Below are positions 11,584 to 23,123 of a DNA stretch of 64,000 bases, in pieces. A program made the translations under genes and the position numbers. Source of the stretch: Octopus vulgaris (lineage: Eukaryota). Location: NCBI GenBank assembly GCA_951406725.2, contig OX597827.1, positions 51,274,001 through 51,338,000 of the forward strand, read 5' to 3'. A model generated the notes under the pieces. That model was given only the letters and a program-made list of their open reading frames with translations. It made no database searches and had not been told where the DNA came from. Position 1 is the first letter of the stretch; every line of letters begins with the position of its first letter.

Positions 11584-13184
11584 AGCACAGATGAGGTAGC
11601 TCTTCAACAATTTTTAAGAGTGTACTGTGTAACACCAAATCTGAATACACCTGTAGGTAGCTCACCAGCAGAGCTGATGTGTGCAGGGAAAGTAAAGTCA
11701 GTTTTTGATAAATTGCTACCTGGCAAGAAAAGAAAAAGTGCCAGGGAAGACACAGCAAGATTTTTTTAAGGTTGTTAAGGTGTATATGAGGACATACAAA
11801 AGTGGAAAGCAGAACTGGGAAAGGGGCAAAATTACCAAACACATTGGTAAAATGATGTATTGGGTAAAAAGTAGAAAAGGCATACAAAAGAGACACAGGA
11901 ACCAACTGGAAAAGAGATTCATGTAAAGTTAACCAAAGAAGTGGGAGGAACCTATGGAATGGTTGTATGGATATGTTCCAAGTACCAATGCCTCTGCAGG
12001 TGATTGAACCCAGGCACACAAGTGGGAGGAAGAGAAAACAGAGTTCCTGAAAATAGATGCCAAAAGAAAAAAAAAATATTTAAAAAAAACTCAAAAAAGG
12101 GAGAGGGGATGAATAAAAATATTCCTAGATAAAATGACACTTCCTAAGTAAAACTTAAAAGAAATATAGGGAATTAGTAATAATGGTACACCCCTCCCAT
12201 GTGACAAGTGGAATGAGGCAGTTACTATAAGTGAGGTGACGTCAGCTGGTATCGAGAGAGTACATAGAGTACGAGAAAGCTGTGTTGATAGTCGTGTCTG
12301 TACTGATCTAGTAATTATACTGTGATATTGAGTGGGCATTATAACGATCCAACTTTTTGAGGATAATAACACTATACGACTGGGGATCGTACAGTGCCAG
12401 GTAGAAACATCCTATCGATGAGTCTGGAATATAACAATATCTGTCAGAGTGACAACTGTCGTACAAAGACAGATACAACAGTGGCAAAAGACTGCTTTAT
12501 AATGCCTTTGTTCTTTGGAGCTGGCGGGTCTCATACCTCCATCACTCAGGCACTCTTGCTCTTCTTTGCCTCTTCAGCCTCTCTCTTCAACCCTGCTTGA
12601 GCCATGCCCAGTTCTTCATTGGAGCATCAGCCCGCTAGAATCTTCTCCCTGATCATGTCTTTCCTGCAGGTGTTGAACTGCAACTATTTAAATGAAATGT
12701 TAGCAACGTGAAGCTTGCCAACTTCATGGTACTATCACTTCCTTCAGACTTTACAAGTAAATAAAAAAAAATGTAATTAGAATTATCAAGCATGATAATC
12801 AATTAGAGACTAATGAATTATCTTTTTTTTTAGTATATAGACTAATAAAGAGGAGAGGGTGTCACCAGTGCCTTGTTTACTAGCAAGAATTGTAGATGTG
12901 AAACCATCAAAGTATAAGAAACAATTAAGTGTGTCCATTTCTATGGGACAATTGTCCTGTTATTGAAAAGCCATTTAAGTCATTGAAAAATGTGTTAACA
13001 GTTGAAAATAGTAACCTTGTGTAATGGAAAATTATTTATTTCACCAACTTGTTGGAAAACATTAATTACAAAAGCTTTATATGACAATACCCATCGAGAC
13101 TCAATGGCAACAAGAGATCCATTGAAATTAAGTGTGATGACTAATTTACTTTGAAGATGTATAACAACATGTAATAAAATCTCT

Positions 13185-15280
13185 GACATCATCATCATCT
13201 TTTGACATTCATCTTCCATGTTGCAATGGACAACTTTACAAGATTTGACAAGTCCAAAGATTGCATCATGTTCCAATATCTGCTTTGGCATGGTTTCTAG
13301 GGCTGGATGCCCTGCCTAACACCAACCATGTTACAGAGTGTACTGGGTACTTTGTTCTTCACACCAGCATTAGTGAGGTTGTCATGCAGCTTGCAAGGTT
13401 AAGATCCCAATCAGTTGAGTGGATTACAGTAGAGAGGAAGCTGACTCTGTGCTAGATTAAAGGTTAAATATGAGAGAAGAGGCCAGAACAGAACAAGTTT
13501 CTTACTGCAGGGGAGCTACATGACTATTCACATTATAGAAGAGAGGGTGGGAGTAACTGGAGTAGACCTCAAGATATGAGGTGAATAGTAGTGAGTGAGG
13601 ACAGTAACACAAGGAGTGTGGGTGTTTAGAAATTGCAATAGTGTATGGAGAGACTGGGGGAGTGAATACAGTGAACGAAGAACAAGTGTCGAGGGATGAT
13701 AAATGTATGTTGGAAGGAAGAATAGGTGATGACTTTAGAGATTAGTGAGGTTGAATCAATGATATAATGAATGGCAGACAAGAGATGGAGATGTGAATTG
13801 TGTGTGGTAGGGGAGAGTAGGTGATGACTAAAAGGGGTGATGAGCAGCAGAGTAGTAATAATATGATAGACAGAAGGATGAGGGAGAGAGATGACAAAGT
13901 TGGGTAGGTTGCAAGAGTATGAGGGGAAATGCAGATGTAGTGCATCAAGGATGTGAGCAATGTATGTTGGTGGGGAAGGAGAGATAATCTGGTGGTTCAG
14001 AAGGGTGATCAGTGTAAAATGTGGGTGGAGAGGGACTATTAAGAATGAAGGATGGCTATCAAGTGAAATGATACTTGGTTGTGAGAAAGATAGTATCGGA
14101 AAAAGTTGGAATATGCAGTTAGGAAAGTGATAGCGGGGTCAGTGATAGGGATGATGGGTGGTGGGGATGACTTAAGGAGGGAATTGGTTAAGAATTGTTG
14201 TGCATATATATTTTGTGCTTCCAGAATCTCAGCTTTGTCAATGTGGGCAGGTCATTTCAAGTACTGCATATCATCAGTCACCCCAGTCCTTTGTCATCTC
14301 TTTTGTGAAGTTCTGTGTCCTGAGATCTGATTTCTTTACTTTGTCCTGTGTCTTCCTGTGTCTCTCTCTTCCACAAGCTCCCTCCACATTAAGTAATGGC
14401 ACTTCTTTATACAGCCATCTTCATCCATACACATCACATGTCCATGATATTGCCATCTTCTTTCTTACATACTACATTTGATTTCACTGATGCCCAAGTT
14501 TTCCCTCAAGATTTCTATTTTGTCATTCTTGCACACTTACATCTCACATATAATAGAGCATTCTAGTTTCATTTGTTTCTAGTCCTCTCAACTCTTCTGC
14601 ATTCAAGCCCCCATGTCTTTATGTAGCATTGCAGTTCTAACACAAGCATCATACAATCTGTCCTTCATTCTGAAGCAAAAGACCTTTGTTTCTAGTAACA
14701 GTAATAGATCCTGAGCTTTTTCCAACCCATTTTTGCACTGGCTACTATAATTTCAAAGTAATTACCCCCTCTGCTAATTACAACTCCTAAGTAACAGCTT
14801 TTTTTATTAATCTACTTGTGATTCCACTACATCTCTTATGTGTCCATAGCTTGCATTAGATACAGTTTACAGAGTCTATACCTACTCCTTTTCTTTATAT
14901 TAAGAAAAGTAATTTCTCTGAAGATACTGTCTTCTTTCCTACTTACTAAAACTCTTAAGTTTACCTTGAGGCCTCTTGATTCTAGGTTTAACTTCTGTGT
15001 TTGGAATTTCCTCTCTAATTCCACTATGTGAACTAGGTCATTAGCACATAGGAGTTCCTTTATACAACCAGACTTAAACTCCTCTGTAATGGCATGTAGG
15101 ATAGTGATGAGTAGAAGATTAAGGACTGAGCCTTGATGAACACCAGCCTTCATACTAAACATGTCACTGGAATTGTTGTTGACTATCTTTTTCCTTGCTG
15201 CATCTTTGTAATTATCTTGCACATCCCTCACAAACCATTCATCTACACCTAAGCTATTTATCAAGACCATTTCTCTAAAC
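13185..15280 (-). mobile_element. Old RTE-clade LINE with long 3' region
   Basis: ORF 14836-15270 reads GVHQGSVLNLLL..ILHAITEEFKSGC..ELLCANDL. The 3' tail (ggatgccc.../(cat)n) at ~13185-13350 is shared with the other RTE copies. Confidence 0.75.
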
Positions 15281-15991
15281 TGAAATTATCCACATACCAT
15301 ACACATTGTCTAAAGAAAATACAGCTTGGCTACATATACATATGGATTATGATTAAATCAAAAATTTAGGTCTGTTATTAATACTTGATGTATACTCTGG
15401 ATTGGCAGAAGTAACTAGAGTTAAGAGTAAAGAAGCAGAAATAGTCAGGTATTAAGAACTGTTGTTCCAGAAATTTCATCACAATGAATTATGTGCATGG
15501 TTTAATAAGATAGGATGTAAACCTGTGAAAAAACCTCCTTATTCAGAATCAAATAAAATGACTAAGAGAACAGTATTACATATCTTTCAAGCAGGTTGAT
15601 AGAACCTATAATGGGTATTCTAATAGGTATTTAAGCTGCATGCTTTTAAAATATTAGACAATCCCCCAGTCTTTAAGATTTCTTTGTTCATCTGCTATGG
15701 TGGGCAAATAAATACAATCACCAGATACAATGCCTTATAAAAAAATTACTGCTCCTGTTTAGTGATTGCAGTTCTTAAGGTGAAGCTTCAAATAACATTC
15801 CATACTGTTGTTAATGACTGTGATTTCACAACTGAAATGAGAACAAATATTGCACATGATGTTATGTGCAGTTCTTTGATTTAAAAGAAGAAAAAAAGAA
15901 TTAAAACAATACATATTTAGATATGATGTGCATTGTTATGCTAATACAAATATTGTAATGTTATTTGTGTTTTACATGTGACACAAAACTC

Positions 15992-16434
15992 TACTTGTGA
16001 AGACCTTTTGAGGCAAGTGAAAATCAAGATTGAAATCGATCAACATCAATGGAAATTGTAGCTGTGATACCAGTGCCGGTGGCACGTAAGAGAACCATCC
16101 AAACGTGGCCATTGCCAGTGCCGCCCCGACTGGCCTCCGTGCCGATGGCACGTAAAAAGCACCAGCCGATCGTGGCCGTTGCCAGCCTCGCCTGGCCTCC
16201 GTGCCAGTGACATGTAAAAAGCACCATCTGATTGTGGCCGTTTGTCAGCCTCATCTGGCACGTAAAAAGCACCCACTACACTCACGGAGTGGTTGGTGTT
16301 AGGAAGGGCATCCAGCCGTAGAAACACTGCCAGATCAGACTGGGCCTGGTACAGCCTTCTGGCTTCCCAGATCCCAGTTGAACCGTCTAACCCATGCTAG
16401 CATGGAAAGCAGATGCTAAACGATGATGATGATG
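15992..16434 (+). mobile_element. RTE 3'-UTR fragment or RTE-tail SINE with 4 hairpin repeat units
   Basis: Repeated ggcacgtaaaaagcacc units, then ggaagggcatccagc...cccatgctagcatggaaa and a (GAT)n tail. Confidence 0.8.
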
Positions 16435-17649
16435 GGAATTAAGATAATTTAAGGTGACCACCAGTTCTTTGTGGAAACCAGAACAGACAGTTAAATAAAG
16501 TTCCTAGATTTAAAGGATCATGTGCACTTACAACAATACTTAGATAAACTGTGTACAAGTATTGAATGAATTTTATTTAGAGACCATCAGAAATTTGGTT
16601 TTGACTATGAACTTTATCATAATGTTTTAGTTACAGCTGAAGGTGATTTATGTGAAACTTGAGTCCTGTTTTTGTTTTTATAAACATATATAGATATGCG
16701 TTTTTGTGATAACTGGCTTCCTAGTTATGAGAGAAACTTACTAGTCATCATAAACTTGTTCCTTACTTTTCTGAGCTCACACTACACCGAAATTGATTTT
16801 TATCTATCAGTTATCCAAGATTGATAAAATAAATAGCAGTAATAAAATAAAGTCCATAATCAAATTTTACCTCTTTCTTCTTACAAAAGGGCCTTCAATG
16901 CTGTGTGCAGAAAAAAATGTAGTATATTAAAAAAAAAAAATTTCAATAAGTATTTCAACAATTTTTAGTCCCTTATATTTTCAGAAGCTATTTTAAAATG
17001 TGGGTTTGTATTCTTGCTCAGAAGAGAATGTCATGAACATTATCCTACCAGCAATCTTGCACTTGTATTTGTTCAATTACTGTTGCATTTACTAGTGTTC
17101 TCTTATTGAATTCTTCAAAATCACAAGTAATTTGTCACCCACTCTATAGATCTTTGTCAGTGAAACTGATGGCCATTCTTTACCAAAAATTTCTCCCTGT
17201 AAATCTATGTTTGGAAGTGAAACATAAATATTATCTTTTGAATTCAGTACAGTCTGCAGCTATAATACTTGTTGGAGACAAAAATAACAAAGCTGTATAG
17301 TGACTATTCCATTTAAAAATAAGGAACTCTTTCTTCAAAATAGACTCCTTTACAATAATCATAACAGATTTAACCAAAGTCATTGAAATCTGTTATTCAT
17401 CTCAGTATATTTATTATTATCTCTTATAGTTCCTGCATTGAATCCTTGAGTAGTTCAGCTTAATTATATGTTGTGCTCACTGCGAGTGGTTTAATTATCT
17501 TAAATAATCTGGTTTAAACTACGTTAAACAGTAACCTAGATTAAACTAAGTCAAACAATCTTTTTTTCTTTTAGTTTTCAGTTATAGATTCTGTCTTAGC
17601 TATTTCCTAATATAAAAACCATTAATTGTAATCTGGTACTATTGGTTTG

Positions 17650-17885
17650 TGGAGGCATGTGGTTAGGGTGTTGCACTCATAATTGTAAAATTGTTGTTTC
17701 AATTCCTGTACCAGGCAATGTAGTTTGTTCTTGAGCAGAACACTTCATTTTATGTTACTCAAATCTATTCAGCTGGCAAAAATGAGTAATCCCGTGGTGG
17801 ACCAACATCCCATCCAGAGGAGAATATATATGCCTCAGAATCTGGGAAATTGCTCTTATGAGCCTATGGCTTGGGAAGGACCTTT
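17650..17885 (+). mobile_element. tRNA-derived SINE family D (other copies 56860-56975 -, 58760-58825 +, 61383-61606 -)
   Basis: tRNA-like head, ttcttgagcaaaacacttca core and catcccatccagagg 3' part, shared in whole or part among the copies. Confidence 0.65.
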
Positions 17886-18318
17886 GATCTGTTGGTCATT
17901 GGCTATTGTTTCAAATTATCTTATGTAACAAGGGCACAAACCAAAGAATATATCTAGTAACCGATACAAAGGGCTACTGTTAGTAATAAAACATTGGTGA
18001 CATGTCACCAGGAATCTTAACTAAGACTGCTTTTTTAGGTCTCCTAACAGACATTAAAACAAGTGTTGAAAAATGGTGTGTTTGCTCTCCATTTCCTCCA
18101 TCTTTTTGAGATACGAGTCTTGAAAAGCAGAAAAAACATGTCAACAACCAACAAAGGAGCTTTTACACAGTTGTTTGTTTTATTTGAAATACCAAGCAAA
18201 TCTTATTGAAATTGCACCACACCACCTTATATAAGTAATGTAGTCTGAGACATGCTCTGCACAAAATGATCAAAAGCATTCCAGCTATAAAAGACAGCTG
18301 GAATGCCTTTGATCTTAA

Positions 18319-18739
18319 CCCTTTCTGAGTACAAATGTCTTGTTTTCATAAGTTTTAAATTAAAATCCTCCACCAAACCTTAGTCACAATTTATGTTCCT
18401 AACATTAGCTGAATGATAACTAAGTTATTTTACTAAATTCTTTGTTATATTTAAAGCTGGCAGAAACGTTAGCGCGCCGGGCGAAATGCATAGCTGTATT
18501 TCGTCTGCCGTTACGTTCTGGGTTCAAATTTCGCCGAGGTCGACTTTGCCTTTCATCCTTTCGGGGTCAATAAATTAAGTACCAGTTATGCACTGGGGTC
18601 GATATAATTGACTTAATCCCTTTGTCTGTTCTTGTTTGTTCCCTCTGTGTTTAGCCCCTTGTGGGTAGTAAAGAAATATATATTTAAAGTAATTGAAAGA
18701 TACACAGAGCATCTCAAAATAAATGCAATAACGAAAGGG
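18319..18739. mobile_element. TTAA-flanked (piggyBac-like) MITE containing a SINE
   Basis: ttaa|ccctttc ... gaaaggg|ttaa. Confidence 0.75.
18457..18678 (+). mobile_element. tRNA-derived SINE family A (Meta/MESC-like core)
   Basis: B-box ggttcaaattt, core gactttgcctttcatcctttcggggtc, and TSD tatatttaaag (18446-18456, 18679-18689). Confidence 0.85.
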
Positions 18740-20334
18740 TTAAGTCTGTTTTATCCAGGTTGATCTGAGGTTAAACAACATGTCATCGACAGCCCCACAT
18801 CAAAAGTACTGCTAAAATGATCACACGGCAACAAATACTAAGTCCTGCCCACCACAACAGAATTGAGATCCTAAAACCAAGGTGCTACATAAAAAGTATT
18901 GCTGTGGGTGCTGGTGCCATGTAAAAAGCACCCAGCACACTGTAAAGTAATTGGCATTAGGAAGGGCATCCAGCCATAGAAGTTAAACAAAAATAGACTA
19001 TGGGAATTGGTGCTGCGTCAGGCCTTGTCAGTTCTTGTCAAGCTGCCCTACCAATGCCAGCATGGAAAATGGACATTAAATATTGTTGTTGTTAATAATG
19101 GCTTCTGGTATTTTAATATACAATACATAATGTTTATAACTTAATTAAGGAAAGCTCACCTATCCTTGTCAGAGCTACAGAGTGTTTTGGCTCTGAGCTA
19201 CTGTTAGCCCTATACAAACCCTAAGATTACTTTACTATTGAATACTGCTTACACTTGTTGGTTCCTGTGGAAATCCCTGTACTACTGGCTTTCAGAATTC
19301 AGACTGAGCATTAGCCATATCTAATTGTCCATACACTTCTGAACCCAGTATTGAGTCTAAATCATTAAATAAATAAAATGAATAATGAATGGCAGTTATT
19401 GACTATGATTTAATGAGGATTGCGAGAATTTCTTTAGTATACATTAAAAATATAATTGTGCCAAATTGCCATTCTTACAACAGCTATAACTGAATTTTTA
19501 TTTCACATGTACAGTAAACATGGACAATGAAATAACCTCAGGTTAACAATCATTAAGTTTGACATCTAACATGTCACTAATTCTTATTAGTACCTACATT
19601 AATACTGATATCAACTTGCTAAAAATAGAGAGAGTGAAAATACTTGAAAAAATTCAAGGAGTATTCACACCTAGTAGCCTACCTATTCTGTATTGCACTG
19701 ATATGCTATGCTTATTAATACAATACCTGTGTTCTGCATATTTTTGGTGGTGCATGTTTCTCCTTTGGCGGGGTACCTCTCTTATTGCCAACTAGCAAAA
19801 CAAAATGGTCCACTTGTTTATGGCTGCATTAGTGTTCGATTTTCAGTTCAATAAACTAAAGGGTCTTTCCATCTTATGTTGGTTTTATTTTAAATAGTTG
19901 GAATTCCTAAATGTTTTATCGTCTATGTAATGAGTTACATTGTCCTGTAGTGAAAATAAAAGACAATGTTGAATGGGTGAGCTAACTGAAGTGATTGACA
20001 TAGGAAGTACTGTATACCTATGGTCAGTGTATGAAAGTGATATAGTGCACTCACACAAAGCAATTACTTATATTCAGTGTGTGTGTGTTAATCATATATT
20101 CAGTATAATACCAATGCAATCTGTTTCTTTCAATGTTTCCACAATTCAGAAAGGATATGTAATTTTGTCTGCTTTCACATTCTTAATTGGCTTAATCATG
20201 CACATACTGACATCCACACTTGCCTTTATCAGCTTGTTTCTCTGGGATTAGACTGTCTCTATTCCATTGATATTTTTCATTTCAACAAATTATCCTCCCC
20301 ACATTTCATTACCAGTAAGAGCATACACTCACCA

Positions 20335-20815
20335 TTCATTATCATCATTGTTCGACCGTGGTCAAGACAATGGAATTTACCATGCTACGCCAGACTTCAC
20401 GGTCCATCATAGCATTACGGAGGTCCTGTTGCTGGATGCATGTATCCCTGGAGATTACATCAGGGTAGGAGAGTGTGTGCATTCTGGTATTGGGAGTAGA
20501 TTTCTTCCAGAGGAGAAGAGGAGAAATTGCCTCGTTTTCAGCTCTACAACAATGTCCAGCAAACTGGACTCTCCTACGTTTCATAAGAGATGACACAGGT
20601 GGTAGTTTCCCATATATTTGCATTTTGGTTGGATGACGCTTTCACGAGAGATTTTGAGTTCTCATAAGGAGGCGAGTGTAGGTTCCATCCAACCGCCTCT
20701 CAAGCTTCTTTGATAACGTCCAGGTTTCTGAGCCATATAGTAGAATTGGTTCGACTGTGGCTTTGAAGATTTCAAGTTTGAAGTCTCTACTTAGATTTGA
20801 TGACCATTGCAGATA
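20335..20815 (-). mobile_element. RTE-clade LINE 3' fragment (second family)
   Basis: IFKATVEPILLYGSETWTLSKKLERRLDGTYTRLLMR and RRRVQFAGHCCR...AMMDREVWR. Confidence 0.85.
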
Positions 20816-21047
20816 CATCTCTCCAGTATTGTCCTCATTCAGAGGCACATAAGCTTGCAATTTAATGCACATCATGCTTCTCAATTATTTCAGCACAACA
20901 TGTCTGTTTTATTTTAGTAATCTCAAGAACTAGCTTCTTACTTAGACTCCAGATATTTTTCCCTTGCTTCTTGTTGCTGTCTCTTGTAAAAATATGCACT
21001 CATCTCTAACAGTATTTTCTGCTTCATTAAACTAAGGTGCTCACTAC

Positions 21048-21279
21048 TTAATCCATTAGCATTTAGCATTTGGGTCATATCTGGCTCAAATATTCTATCT
21101 GTTTTATGTTCAAACTGGCCATGTCTGGCCTCTCACCACTACCCTACAATAATCATTTTAAAAATAAACAATCGCATCATTAAAATCTCAAAGCTACAAG
21201 ATAATGTATAACTAAATGAAAATAACATAAATAAATAAACATTATATTTGACAGACTAATCTGAATGCTAAATGGTTAA
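21048..21279. mobile_element. TTAA-flanked MITE (relatives at 49594-50318 and ~31480-31585)
   Basis: ttaatccattagcatt ... ctgaatgctaaatggttaa, with internal sequence shared among the relatives. Confidence 0.65.
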
Positions 21280-21572
21280 GCTATGGAATAGCTTCGTGGT
21301 TTATAGTAGGTTGCATTCTTGGAACATCCAGCTACATTCTAGTTTTCTGTCTTACTTATTTAAATAGATGCAATCTAGTATCATTATGAAAAGTTCCCAA
21401 AAGAACATAAACCAATACATAAATATTACAATTAATTTTATTTAATTTCCAACATTTATAATTTGTATTATGCTTCACTCTTTAATTATATCTGTTATCT
21501 TTCTAGGTTATCCATTGTTTTATTAAACCTTTGATGCACCAAATTTTAAATATTTGCTGATAATTCCTCAAA

Positions 21573-23123
21573 ATGAAGAAGCCTACCTGTGACCTTTGTG
21601 GAAAGATGTTCTCTCGCCGAGACAACATGGAGAGACATCGCATTCGTCATCTGCGCCGTGAAGTCTTCAAATGTGAAACATGTGGCAGAGATTTTAGTCA
21701 GAAATCCTATCTGAAGTTGCATCGTCGTCTTCATACAGGAGAAAAACCTTTTGGGTGTAATCTGTGTGGTCGGGCTTTCTCTCGCAATGATCATTTAGTG
21801 ATCCACATCAGAGGACATCAAGGAATTAAAATGTTCAACTGCCAAATTTGTCACAAAGCTTTTGCACGTCGGTCTTACTTAACTGTGCACCAACGTATCC
21901 ACACAAATACTCGTCCATATAAATGTCATGTATGTGGGTGCGCTTTCTATCGTGGAGACCATCTTGTTCGGCATCAAACTAAGCAGCATGGAGAAATAAA
22001 GGCTCTTCCTTCTGTTGAACTTGTTACAAGCACAACTCAGCAGGTTCATATGCAGACTGAAAACAATAATATGGATTCTGATAGTTTTAACAGCCAATGT
22101 GAGACTATTCAACAAGAGCAACAACAAACCTCTCTTGTTGACCAAACACAAATACAAGTCGTTACAGTACAAACCACAAGTGATATCGAAGGAGCAGAAT
22201 TGCAGCAAGCTTTTAAATGTACTGACATCGCTTGCAACACCAACAATAATGATGGTATTATTCACAATTCGGGAGACCAGTTAGTAGCAGCTGTTACTAA
22301 TGGTAACAAGACCACTTACCATTCTTGCAGTATTATCCATCCCAACCAAATAATACCAACTCTCCAAAGTGCTACTAATATACAGCCAGGCCAGGAAAAC
22401 ACACAACAGCATCAGATATATCAAGCTACTGCTGACTTAAGTGGAACTGGTATGGTTTACAAGTGTGATTACTGTTCAAAATGTTTCTCCCGTCATGAAA
22501 ACTTGGAGCGTCACAAATCAACTCACCTTAATGAGAAACTTTATAGCTGTGACATATGTCAAAAGAGTTTTTCACGCAGGTCTTATCTCAGAGTCCATCA
22601 TCGCATCCATACAGGTGAGAAACCGTTTGTCTGTGACAGGTGTGGTTTTGCTTTCTCACGGAAAGACCACTTATTAAAACACAAGAAAAATAATCAAGGA
22701 GAGCGTAAGCTGAGCTGTGTTCCTCCCAAGCCACTTGTTGATCTGAAGGAAGATATTATCACACCTGACGGAAACTGTCAACAGGTAGCAGTCGTTGTGC
22801 CAGCTGATGCATCTGCTGTGACTGATGCTGAAGGCAATTTAATTGTTACTCATGCCCCTGGTACAGATCCAGCTGATGTGGCCAGAACTATTGCCATGTA
22901 TCAACAAGAAGCTACTGTCAATCAGACAGACAGCACTGGCACAAACCAAATCTATCCAATGCTGTCAACATTTCCCACAACTATTGAAATCTCACAATCA
23001 ACAGCTCAAATATTCCCAACTATTCAGATGTACCCGGCTGCCACACAGCTCAATGTACCTCTTCATGCAAATGTCTCTCATGAAATTATTATTCCAACTT
23101 CGCAGATTACACAGAGCAAATAA
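21573..23123 (+). CDS. C2H2 zinc-finger transcription factor A (516 aa; 5+3 fingers, Q/T-rich linker and tail)
   Basis: Intact ORF with seven canonical CxxC..HxxxH-type fingers plus an atypical eighth, and TGEKP linkers. Splice acceptor tttctag at 21506; in-frame stops lie just upstream of the ATG. Confidence 0.95.
   Translation: MKKPTCDLCGKMFSRRDNMERHRIRHLRREVFKCETCGRDFSQKSYLKLHRRLHTGEKPFGCNLCGRAFSRNDHLVIHIRGHQGIKMFNCQICHKAFARRSYLTVHQRIHTNTRPYKCHVCGCAFYRGDHLVRHQTKQHGEIKALPSVELVTSTTQQVHMQTENNNMDSDSFNSQCETIQQEQQQTSLVDQTQIQVVTVQTTSDIEGAELQQAFKCTDIACNTNNNDGIIHNSGDQLVAAVTNGNKTTYHSCSIIHPNQIIPTLQSATNIQPGQENTQQHQIYQATADLSGTGMVYKCDYCSKCFSRHENLERHKSTHLNEKLYSCDICQKSFSRRSYLRVHHRIHTGEKPFVCDRCGFAFSRKDHLLKHKKNNQGERKLSCVPPKPLVDLKEDIITPDGNCQQVAVVVPADASAVTDAEGNLIVTHAPGTDPADVARTIAMYQQEATVNQTDSTGTNQIYPMLSTFPTTIEISQSTAQIFPTIQMYPAATQLNVPLHANVSHEIIIPTSQITQSK

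Larger units (their letters stand above)
10287..12504 (+). mobile_element. Internally deleted Gypsy LTR retrotransposon
   Basis: Diverged LTRs at ~10287-10624 and ~12162-12504, 5-bp TSD ccttt (10282-10286, 12505-12509) and PBS-like tggcaacaagg at 10626. It has a gag relic (LRKLSPTEHER..NFVL...IFSEKSSLFNTCWKCL) and an integrase C-terminal relic (TPNLNTPVGSSPAELM). No RT is seen. Confidence 0.85.

Noticed and set aside
11432-12019. 195-aa minus-strand ORF
   Set aside because: Antisense to the Gypsy relic and running through the palindrome; no recognisable domain.
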